Source of the DNA: an uncultured virus (IMG/VR IMGVR_UViG_3300009605_000001)
Taxonomy: Duplodnaviria > Heunggongvirae > Uroviricota > Caudoviricetes
Virus record (IMG/VR): IMGVR_UViG_3300009605_000001
Direction: 5' to 3' (one strand)
DNA length: 64,000 nucleotides
Positions 37,452 through 47,900 of this stretch are shown one piece after another; the first letter of the stretch is position 1; each line of letters opens with the position of its first letter. Both the position numbers and the translations under genes were made by a program. The notes beneath the pieces are model-generated. The model worked only from the letters and a program-made list of their open reading frames with translations, was not told the DNA's origin and ran no database searches.

Positions 37452-38015
37452 CTACCACTTTACGCTGGCAACTGCCTTCTTTACCTCTTTGTCGGTTTCA
37501 TACAAAACCGCACACTTAGCAAACTCATTATCAAACCGTGATTCACAGGCCTTGATTGACAATTCCTTTGTCAGGCAGGGAATGGATTCGATAGTTATCG
37601 GATAACTCTGTATCAGTGTTTTCCCTCCTAAGGAGAGTCCGCATTTCTCACAGAGCCAAGTCGTAACAAACTTGCCATCAGAAGTCTTCGTTGTCTTGGG
37701 AGTTTCCAGTCTTCGCAGCAATCGAATGTACCGAAGGTTATTCGTGTCAAAGGATTCAATCATAAGATTGTCACCCTCAACTGTGAAACCAAGTTCGTCA
37801 CACTCTTTCTTTACGGAGACTGAATCAAGGGGGCGATAGCCGATGTAGGTGTGAAGCTTATCCACATCCACATTACCATCCAAAGAGATGATCCTAAGGG
37901 CTATGGTGCCTTCCTTGTTATTCACAATAGCATCCACAAGAAACGGGTTTCCGTCGGCATCCACTGCTTCACGCATGACATGCCTAGACGAGTGGTAGGT
38001 TTGTGAACCAGCCAT
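37452..38015 (-). CDS. Hypothetical early protein
   Basis: 187 aa, AAAGGAG RBS. Confidence 0.75.
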   Translation of the reverse strand: MAGSQTYHSSRHVMREAVDADGNPFLVDAIVNNKEGTIALRIISLDGNVDVDKLHTYIGYRPLDSVSVKKECDELGFTVEGDNLMIESFDTNNLRYIRLLRRLETPKTTKTSDGKFVTTWLCEKCGLSLGGKTLIQSYPITIESIPCLTKELSIKACESRFDNEFAKCAVLYETDKEVKKAVASVKW

Positions 38016-38135
38016 GATTCACTCCTTTCAATGAAGTATAGCCTACTCCGGGCCATTGACGAAGGCCAATGATGACGGGCTCTCGTCAGAGGGTCGAGGA
38101 CTAACGAGAGCCCGTGGATCTTTGGTCTTCAGTAC

Positions 38136-39968
38136 TCAGTCAATCGTGTCGAGATGGTGCATACGAATCACTGGTGGGATCATCTCAGCAATCTCAGCGT
38201 ATGATGGTCCACTCGGTGGCTCGACATCATTCGCTTCCCACAGAGGAGCCAACGTAGCCTCCATTGTGGGAATAATTCGCACCATGACATTACGAGCATT
38301 CTCAAAGAACCGCCCAACTCGACTTGGTTGAAGTAAGAAACCATCATGGTTGTCAAGTTGATGCCAATCTTGACTTTTGTTTTCAAGATTGAGCTCACTG
38401 TTGAAGTACGAATCATATATCGCGGCGAGGTGACAGCTAATCGATCCGAACATCTCAACCTCAAACGGTGTGTACGTTGCCTTGCCTTTCCTACCATTAA
38501 CAGAACCCCTAACTGTACGCTCTGGTTCTGTTGTCAGGCGGCTATAAGGCATGAAGGGAATTACTTGCCCATCACCACGAATCAACTCAATCATCTTGCC
38601 AGTGGTCTCGACGCAGTGCTCATTGGCATTACGTGAACGTTGTCCGAGAGATCTGATCTCCGGAATAACCTCATGCATAGCCGGAGCACCAACATTACGA
38701 ACCCACTTCTTGGCCACATCATACAGCTCTTCATACGTAACTGCGGCACGGAGTGTGCCCTTCTTGGTGAAGAGATGTACGAAATCGGGGTGTGTGGGCA
38801 CCCAACTCGGGTACTCAACATGGTCTAACAGGTAAACCCTGTCCTCTTGGTACAGCCGTTCCATCTTGTCTGGATCGAGACCCAAGAGGTGGGTTGCCAT
38901 GACAGCAACACCAGCCTCATACTGTCCGCCTCGTGCCAACCGTTTGGCGGTAGTACGTAGCGAATCATCCAACTCAATATCATTATCCATGGAGTTGATC
39001 CACCGACACATCTCGATATATGCGTCTCGCCGTTTGCCTCCGAAGAGATTACCCAGCCGCATACCAGACATACTTTTCTCAATCAACGCCTGAAACAGCT
39101 GCCCCGAACAACCCTGATCAAACTCTGCCGCAAGGGTTGTCTTCCCAGTTTGGGCATACTCTTTGCACTTCAACGCCACGCGAACGAGGCCGTATCCGTA
39201 CTTATCGATACACTGACTCACTGAGCCACAACTGAGAATTGCTTCCCAGTTGTTAGCGTGAAGACCTGCCATGCCATTCGTAATTGACCAGAACACATCT
39301 GGTGTACATTCTTCGGCATTAGCGAAATCAATAAGTCCCTTTGTATGGCTCTCTGTTTGCCATCCACAGTTACTCATATGATTGTATCGCCTTCCACGCT
39401 TATCGATACGCCTTACTGTTGGGTAGAACACTGAGTCGCCTACTCGCTTCAGTTCTTCAGCTACAGTTTCGAAACGTTCTGCATAGGCTCCACCATCCTT
39501 CGAATGGAATGCATCTGATCCCATCCATCCTTCAAGAAGCTCCATGCTGTAACGAAGCTGAGTATCAGAGGTCCACTGCATTGACTCTGTCATACGATCG
39601 CAGATCGGCATTACATTACTCGAACACCGAGTAACCTCAGGAGCCCAAAGGCCCGTCAGCTCTCGCCGTTCCGTCTGGATAATATGCTCTCGGTGTGGGT
39701 ACTCTGTCTGTTGCTGCCCAATGTAGAACTTACAGCAACTCTTAGCAATCTCGTGTTGCTGATCGTCTTCATCAGGGAACTGACGCTGTAACTCTTTGAA
39801 CTCCTGCGTTCCTTGCAGTTCCAGTTCTTGATGTGCAGGAATTACTAAGCGATCCACAGCATCTGACCCATCCCAACTGGAGGGCTTAGCGTGATATAGC
39901 ACACGCTTTACTAATTCCGAATCCCCCTCGACCAAAGGATTCACTAGGGTTGTGTTATCATATTTCAT
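38136..39968 (-). CDS. Divergent, N-terminally short single-subunit RNA polymerase homolog (RNAP-2)
   Basis: DKRGRRY, KGLIDFA, motif A FDQGCSG, DAY, motif B RTTAKRLARGGQY (K+8=Y) and motif C NHDGF, in T7 order; likely start MKYDN after AGGAG (about 610 aa). Confidence 0.85.
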   Translation of the reverse strand: MKYDNTTLVNPLVEGDSELVKRVLYHAKPSSWDGSDAVDRLVIPAHQELELQGTQEFKELQRQFPDEDDQQHEIAKSCCKFYIGQQQTEYPHREHIIQTERRELTGLWAPEVTRCSSNVMPICDRMTESMQWTSDTQLRYSMELLEGWMGSDAFHSKDGGAYAERFETVAEELKRVGDSVFYPTVRRIDKRGRRYNHMSNCGWQTESHTKGLIDFANAEECTPDVFWSITNGMAGLHANNWEAILSCGSVSQCIDKYGYGLVRVALKCKEYAQTGKTTLAAEFDQGCSGQLFQALIEKSMSGMRLGNLFGGKRRDAYIEMCRWINSMDNDIELDDSLRTTAKRLARGGQYEAGVAVMATHLLGLDPDKMERLYQEDRVYLLDHVEYPSWVPTHPDFVHLFTKKGTLRAAVTYEELYDVAKKWVRNVGAPAMHEVIPEIRSLGQRSRNANEHCVETTGKMIELIRGDGQVIPFMPYSRLTTEPERTVRGSVNGRKGKATYTPFEVEMFGSISCHLAAIYDSYFNSELNLENKSQDWHQLDNHDGFLLQPSRVGRFFENARNVMVRIIPTMEATLAPLWEANDVEPPSGPSYAEIAEMIPPVIRMHHLDTID

Positions 39969-40091
39969 GATAAACACTCCTGTGTGAGGGATTCTAAGGA
40001 TGACAGTACAAACACTCATCCTATAAAAGTGTCAAAGGCCTCCTCCGACCCGAAAGCCAGAGGAGGTATACTTCTCTTCTTCCAGCATTAC

Positions 40092-40607
40092 TCACTTGGA
40101 ACGCATGTTGTACCACATTCCAAAGTGTGAGTTAGCATCTTCCAGATCCTTCCACATCCAGTAGTCACCCTTCGCCTTGAGTACCAGATCTTCGAGGATC
40201 TTGATATGGATCTCTTTGGGTGACCTCTTATCCTTGAGACGGCATACATCTAGCAAATTCTGGATGTGCCGGGGCGCATCGTTGGCCGGATCACCCTTAA
40301 GGTGCTCCATCAGTCGCCAAGCAAACTGGTCTGCAACATCTTCTGCCGTCTTGTACGTGAAGTGACCAAAGTGAAGTTGCTGCAAGTTGTCACGAGTACC
40401 TGTAGCTATCCACACCCATAGCCTGAAGAAGGCCTCCAGAACCTCTTCGAGGGTTGTATCTTCCTCGAAGATAGAATCATGAAGTAACCGAATCTTCATA
40501 AGATAAGCGTCAGAGTCTACAGTTCCATCGGTGCCAGCGATAGCTTCCTTGACCCTCGCAAGGTCATCGGGACTATGCCAACAATCGAGTAACATATCGC
40601 CACTCAT
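40092..40607 (-). CDS. Hypothetical early protein
   Basis: 171 aa, AAGGAG RBS. Confidence 0.75.
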   Translation of the reverse strand: MSGDMLLDCWHSPDDLARVKEAIAGTDGTVDSDAYLMKIRLLHDSIFEEDTTLEEVLEAFFRLWVWIATGTRDNLQQLHFGHFTYKTAEDVADQFAWRLMEHLKGDPANDAPRHIQNLLDVCRLKDKRSPKEIHIKILEDLVLKAKGDYWMWKDLEDANSHFGMWYNMRSK

Positions 40608-40714
40608 AACTAACTCTCCTTGTGTTAGAGGTATGATTTACATCATCTCTGAATAGGACACACGGGATTTCTCGCCGTGTGTCCGTTTGGTTGTTAAGTC
40701 CAGTTAAGGACTGA

Positions 40715-40924
40715 CTAGCTCACACGGATCACGGTGACATGATCCAGATGAGTAGCGAGTTCGCCTTCCCAGCTTGTGAGAAGCCGACGGTTACGAGGAT
40801 AAGGATTGCCGAGCACGGTGTCAATCGCACGTGCCGTGAGCTGCTTGTCATCCTCAGTGATACCTTCAGCGTTCTTATCTTCTGGGGAAGGTGGAACCCA
40901 GAACCTTCGGGGGGGGGCGGTCAT
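40715..40924 (-). CDS. Hypothetical early protein
   Basis: 69 aa, GAGGAGG RBS. Confidence 0.65.
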   Translation of the reverse strand: MTAPPRRFWVPPSPEDKNAEGITEDDKQLTARAIDTVLGNPYPRNRRLLTSWEGELATHLDHVTVIRVS

Positions 40925-41123
40925 AATGACCTCCTCGTGTTAGAGTTATGACCTACGCAGGTCATCTCAAAAGTCAGCACCACACCTTACGGCGAGGGCT
41001 GGTACACTGAGACAATACTAAAACCACTCTTCCCGACTTCCCCTCCATGAGAAGCATGGTAGTACTCTCTTAAGTCTCTCCGGATACCAGCGGTACCCGG
41101 AGAGGTAACTCGGCGTGATCACC

Positions 41124-41459
41124 TCATCGTTGATGGGTGATCAATCCCGACTGATCGGGAAGCACAATCGCATCCCTACGCTTCTTCATCTGGACTTGAT
41201 CCAGAGTGTCCGAAGTTTGAGGACCAACGATTAGCGTAACTGGACTGCGCTTTCTATAGAAACGCTCAGCCACTTCGTCACTGACCCACTGATCCTGATG
41301 CCACCTAAGTGGAACCAGAGTTACAGTCTGTTCAGAACCTTTCGGTTCGTCCCTGACTAAGGAAGCACAGATGTGTCCCCAGTGATGCCAGATCACAAGT
41401 GTCAGCCCAGCTAGTGCAAGCACTAACGCCGATATGTTGTACCATTGAGCATCGCTCAT
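41124..41459 (-). CDS. Early membrane-anchored protein
   Basis: N-terminal TM helix, AAAGGAG RBS. Confidence 0.65.
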   Translation of the reverse strand: MSDAQWYNISALVLALAGLTLVIWHHWGHICASLVRDEPKGSEQTVTLVPLRWHQDQWVSDEVAERFYRKRSPVTLIVGPQTSDTLDQVQMKKRRDAIVLPDQSGLITHQR

Positions 41460-41631
41460 TATAGTACTCCTTTGGGTTGTGACCCCGAAGGGTCAGACCA
41501 TTGGCCTGTCTCATCAGTGCTGGGCGGCCAGTCCCAACAAACACCATACTCCTCAACCATCGGCGGTTGAGGACGTAGGGGGTGTTTCGACTATTCATCC
41601 GCAGTCGAAGCGGTGTCGAGTGCGTCAGGGT

Positions 41632-41817
41632 TTACTTACCCTGTGCAATTGCAACGCACTTCGGACACAGTGGGATCTCGATGCGGTTTCCATCCGCATC
41701 ACAGACAGCCACTGTGATGCACGCGCAGAGGTGACTCTGCTCGTGCGATATGAAGCGCCCGCAATCGGAACACTGCTCTTGCGAGCTAGTATTACGCCGG
41801 ACATCGGATGATACCAT
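41632..41817 (-). CDS. Small Cys-rich (Zn-ribbon-like) early protein
   Basis: CSDC...CPKC; AGGAGGTG RBS. Confidence 0.6.
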   Translation of the reverse strand: MVSSDVRRNTSSQEQCSDCGRFISHEQSHLCACITVAVCDADGNRIEIPLCPKCVAIAQGK

Positions 41818-41926
41818 AGTATCACCTCCTGTGGGTTGTGACCCTACAAGGGTCAGGCCTTAAGGGGATAGGGGGGGAGGGCATACCCTCCACCTCATCC
41901 ATACCCACGGAGAAATTCTCGACCCC

Positions 41927-44900
41927 CTAGTCGATTATTCCCGCATCTCTATCGTACCTTCTTTGTTGTGCCTTACGTTCTCTATCCTCCCATTCGGGAC
42001 TCCCCACAGGAGCTCCTACAAGGCTCTCAGGAGCTCGCTCAGGCCGCGTCTCTCGGATAGCCCCCACTATATCTCGTCTCATAGGACGCGGTGTGGGGGC
42101 AGCAGGAGCCTGTGAGGGGACGCTAGGAGCGGTTGTCTTAGGAGCCGGTGCAGGGGTTGCTGCAGGATTGGGATATTGCATCTTAGGAGTACCTGTAGCA
42201 CCGGAGGGATTATACCCCTGAAGGAGTTGTTGTTGGATTGCTGGTGGGAGGTTTTCAAACTTAGGTTCCCACCCTAGTTCTCTAAGGATTTCTCGTAAGT
42301 CTGCGGCATATTGGGGTAAATTAGATGTCTCAGAAAAAGAACCATAGGTTGCCCATTTTTTGTTTGATGATTTAGCACCCCTGCTCATTGAGTTGTTTTG
42401 CCTTTGCCACTCTTCGCCCATAGCGGAGAAGAATATAATCCTAGTTAAGGCATCGCCTATAACCGGAAGTGTTCTCATTAGCATTACCATTGATGCCCAA
42501 TCTGTATCTTTTTCATCATCTGTCCAGCCATCTATCAGCTTCTTAACATTATACAAGAAGGAGTTCATTGCACCCACTGGTACAAATCCAAAAGCTTCTC
42601 GGTGTGTGTTTGCGTAGATACCTACTACGGTTTCCATAAGCAAGCCTATATATCTACCAAAGTGTGGTAATCTAGCCATCATAAACAATGATTGTTTAAC
42701 CGGGTCTTCTTCCCATCCCTCGATGATATCTTCTAAAGGATATCCTGCAGCTACAAGCAACAGTGACATATACAATGAATCAACCATAGCATATGAAACC
42801 CAATGAAGGGCGTTTCGTCTAAGGCTGAATCTTTGGTTTCTTCGTCCAACTTGCTGAGAAGCAAATAATACAGGATACCGCCTAAAGGTTTCAAAGATAA
42901 GATCCCAACTACTATTGCCCGTAGCTGTATCAAAGGGATTAGGGTCGACTAAGATTTCATGGATATATCTTTTTTCTGCTCTTCTTAATCCTGAAATTAT
43001 ATCAAGGTATTGTTTGTATTCTGGATCTGTAGTAGCCCACTGAGGACCGCCTTCCCATGCCTCACCTTTATTCAAATTAGTTAATAATCCTCCTAAGCTG
43101 TAATACTCATCTCCCTTAGGACTGTTAACCATCTTAGCAAGGATATCTACATTATCGTTTGTCAGAACACCCTCATTCATTAAATACATAATGTTTGCTG
43201 CGTCTGTTCCGGGCAGGCCTACTCTTGACATTAACTTAGAAATAATCTTACGCCCATCTACAGTATCCCATTCTTTAGGATCAACCTGCTTATGTAAACG
43301 CAAGAACTCTTTTAGCTTACTGCCATCTCCACCAACCGTAGCTTGCTGTAACCATCCTCTAAAGATCGTAGCTCGTGAGGTAGCAATCATTTGATGCAGT
43401 ATTCCTGCAAGGTGCATATTACGCTCACCTAACCACTGAGGTAACCTTTGATACCACTCCGACCTTACATCAATATCTGGCCGAGCATAGTCTGGTATCC
43501 GACCTTGGTTAAATATTCGGATAATCTCTGCCATATCTCTTGCAACATTCTTTCTAATGTTAGGATCAAGTCCCATAAGAGGGGCAACGGCAGCCTTAAT
43601 AAAACCACCCATACTACCTCGACCAAGTAGTTGATCAATCATATTCATAGTATTCTCTACTACAAGCGTAGCCATAGTAAGGTTTGTGCCAAAGACAATT
43701 CTAACAACATCTGGAGCATATCTTGTAATAAAGTTTAGAGTTTCATCGGCTGAGTCTCTATTACTTTCCTGTTTACCTAAAATAGTATTATACTTGATCT
43801 CTAATACACCCATTGCTTTAGTAAGTATATCACTGTCTTTAGCACTTATACGACTACCGTCACTATTAAAAAGATTACCCATACCCAGTACATTCCTAAA
43901 GATACCTAACACATCGCCAGTAGTAGCCTTAATCCCATACTTATCCATATACATAGATTGCTCTGCAATCCTCTGCCCAAGATGTTTCATGATACCATCT
44001 GAAATTGTTTCTGGCCCCCAGACAAGCATATCTGCAATCGCAGGATTATTCATAACTTCGTGGACCGGAGGAATAGCCCAATCATTAGAGAAGTATATCT
44101 TTCGTCCAGCACCATTCATAATGTTTGCCACATGAACACTTACAGGACTGCTGATAGTAGGAGACTGCTGTCTTGCGGATTTTCCTTCAACGACCCCAAG
44201 AGTCGCAAGTCTGGAATCTATAGACTGACCTCTAAGTATATCTAGACGAGCTTGATTAGGTTTCTTTGCCTCAGCCCTATACTTACTCCACCAACCAGCG
44301 GTAATTCGTGTGTTTTCACTATTAAACCCCAAGTAGTCAGCACTAAACTTATTCTTTTTGTATCGCATATACCTCATAATTTGAGCTATAGCTGGTATAA
44401 CATAGTTAACATAAGTATTGTGTTGTTCAATAGTAGAAGTTTTATTTGTAAGTAAGCTACGGTATTCTTCATTTGTTTTAATACTTGCAAGTCTAGTTAG
44501 TGTGCTATCATAAGATGTGCTTCTTTCGCTCTGGCGTTGCCTCATTAATTCGGCCATTGCCATAATTTCTTTCCAGAGTTGTGGGTTCTTAGTTTCTAAC
44601 TCAGCTAACTCTTTTAGCCCTACTTCGGGATCAGCCAAATGAGGAAGCTCGCCCATTGCGTATAAAGTATAAGGACACATTCTTCTTGTTTTAAGATCTA
44701 TATTCTGAGATTCCGTAACAATACGATCTCCAATAACCTTACCCATTTCTTCTCTAAAGTTATTATAAACCGGCTGATCTTGTACCTTAGCATTCGCAAA
44801 CATAAAAGGAATAGCTTCATCAAAAGCTCTATCCATAACACCTACTTCGACCCCCATATGGTTTACAATACCTAGTAATGCAGCATAGTTAGTTACAATA

Positions 44901-47900
44901 TTATCTGCTTCCTTTCTTAGCTCTGTGCTGTTTACAAGCAATGCATCCGTGTACTCATACGCTTCTCCTGCCATTTGTTTTACTAACTTAGTCCACACTT
45001 CTTTAGCAAAGGTATCTCTTGTTTTCTCGTTTCCGGCAGTATTCCCTAATACCTGAGTTCTAAATCGAACGGTTGATTCAATAGGCCCAATAATATCATC
45101 GTAGACTCTTTCCATAGAGTTTCTAATCTCAGTAGATATTTGGTCAATCTGCTGAACAGAACCTAAGACATGGGGTATGCCATCCATATTACCCCAATGT
45201 CCTGCCATAGTACTCATTGAGTTGTCAATCATTGTTGATAACATAACAAGTAAAGTAAAGGGAGAATTCCAAGTAGCACCGGATTCAGTACTACCAGTAG
45301 CAAGCATAGTCATAAACTGTTTTACTTTAGAACCAATACCACCCGGCCTGTTAAAGTAAGGAAGCTGCTGTATTGCCTTAGTAGCTTCAGCCATAAAGCG
45401 TCCGTCATTCCCCCGCATCATTTTAGTCATATCCATCAGTATCTGTGTAGCAAGAATCTGTTGATCATGAGGAGTACCTTCAACGAATATTCTCTTAACA
45501 TCAAGAAGATCTGGACCATATGTTTCAACTGAGAAGTCCCCGCTTCTAACACTATATTGATTCTTAAGGTTTTCCCGACCTATAAGGAATTCACCTGTAG
45601 TAATACCAAGCGGTGTTATTTTATTACCGCCAAGAGTATCACGCCTATTCTCTAGCTGACCACGCTCCTTACTCAACTCCTCCCACTCCTTTTCAAACTT
45701 TCCGGATTCACTTTCAGGTGCCTCGGGAGTATAGAAGTTATGGTGTATAGCGTCCTCTAATTCACCCATTCTTCTCTTAACTTCATCAAGAGATTGTAGG
45801 GTAGCTAGTAATTCGTTCTCTGTATTCTCCACCGTAGATTGTTGTTGTGTTCCTTCTGTAGACATATACAGCGGTCCCATATCAGGGTTACCTACATCAG
45901 CTATCGTATTTCTACTTGTCTTGGTTGCATCCTGTCCTAGAGTTCTTCTGATTAAGTTAATGGCTCTTTCGTATTCAGCTGGCTCGGTTGATTTAAAGTC
46001 TGAGAATACAGAAGATACTCTATCTAATATCTTACCAATAAAGGCAAAGATTTTATCAATTATGGTTTGTGTCTTTGCAAAGAATCCCGCTTCTTCGGAA
46101 GTTAGAGGAGTATTGGCTTCAACCTGCCTTAGTAATTCTAAGGAATCGTGTACTAAATGATACCCTGTCAGGGCCGCAATAAACTCTTCGCCCGTAGTAT
46201 CGTTCATAATTCTAGCATACTCATCTTGAGCAGCCTTATTCCACTGGCCGTTATGGAAAGCCATAACAAGTTTCTTCAGTGTTCCGCCACCCTGTTTACT
46301 CCGCTCGCGTAAGAATAACGTTCTCCACTCTCTATAGTGGTATGAATCATTCTCGATAAACATCATTCTACCAATATGGCCAATCTCCTCAGCCACTAAA
46401 TACGCCACACTTAATGCATCTCTTCGCCCAACTAATTGATTACCAATTCTAATTGTATACCTACCACCTGATTTTTCTGCGGATCCTCTTCGCTGTTTCC
46501 CAGAATTATCAACCCACTCACTATCTAAGAATTCAAAATTAACCTCAAGAACCATATCAGGAGCATACTTAAACCACTTACCAAGAATTGCTCTTATCAT
46601 TCTAGCTTGAGCCTCAGAAAGGCGACCACCGTCAACAGCCTCTTTTATCTTAAGGGATAGTTTACCCAACTCAGGAACAGCAGATGAGAAGTTATCGTGA
46701 TTTCGAAGATCTCTGCTTTTAAGATGCAGCTCATTAAATAAATCCGGATCTCTATCAAACACATGAGTATCTAATACAGAAGCTAATGCCGCCTCTGCTG
46801 AAGAATGCATCTCGGTAGACATATCTTCAATATCATATATCTCCTGCAGATAAGCAAGGAAGTCAATAGTAATATCGGAATCACCAGAAACAGTACGTTC
46901 TCCCTCGCTAATCTGATCTACGTATGATCTAGCATCCCAATAAAAATCATTAAACTGTTGACTATCGGTTGCATTTAGGATTGACATAAGCTGATTAAAC
47001 TCACCCTTAACTCTAAGGTAAGCACTAGAAACATCAGCATCAAACTTTTCTTTTTCTACCGCTGTTTCTCGTGACATCAGGGGGAAGAATACTCTAACCT
47101 CGCCCATCTCAATATCGGGTTGCCGTAACATAAGCCCAAGTATAATAGCTCGTATGGTTGCTGGGTTTTTAATATTCCCATCAGTTAGTTGTAGTGTAGT
47201 TACAAGGAGTTCTTGAATAGTTCTATGCTCAAGATCAACCCCATCTGTATACACATCCATATAAGATTCTCTAACCCCAGTTAGATCATGAATAAGACTC
47301 AACCCTCTTGAGTTAGCTTGTGAGTGAGGGCTACTATGTTCCATTTCTATATTCCAAGTTGGAACAATAGTTTTAAAGGTTGTCTTTGCTTTTCCTTTTA
47401 CCGTCCCTCGGAACGGTCCTTCAGAGGCAGCCTCAATATCAACCGGCGTTGTTCGTCTAACTAATTCCTTTAGAATTTTTTCGTTAAACTCTGCATCTTC
47501 TGAAATATATTTGGTATATAGATCCATAGATGCTTCCGGCGATCTTTCATTTATCTCCGCAATTTTTCTTCTAATTGCGTCAGCCTGTATAGGAGATCCA
47601 GCACGCTCAAAAGCTAAACTCAAATCTTTCTCGGTAACCACTACTGGTTCACCATTAACTCGCGTGCCTCTCTTTTTTAAGGCAGCAGCAAACATACCCT
47701 CTTCACTCTTCTCACCGAGTTTTAATCCTTTAAGCAAACTATTTAAAGTCCAGTTTAGACTTTGTGTAATGTCACCACCTAAAAACTTAGAATCAGCGAG
47801 CATGTTGTTTTGCATTAAGTCAATACTAAGTTCAGCAACTATCTGCGCAGTATTAAGATCATTAGCAAGGATACCTAACTTTCTAAGGTCAAAACTATTT

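Noticed and set aside
41625..41825. Alternative 66-aa ORF and the overlapping 41332-41598 ORF
   Set aside because: RBS spacing favours 41632-41817 and 41124-41459
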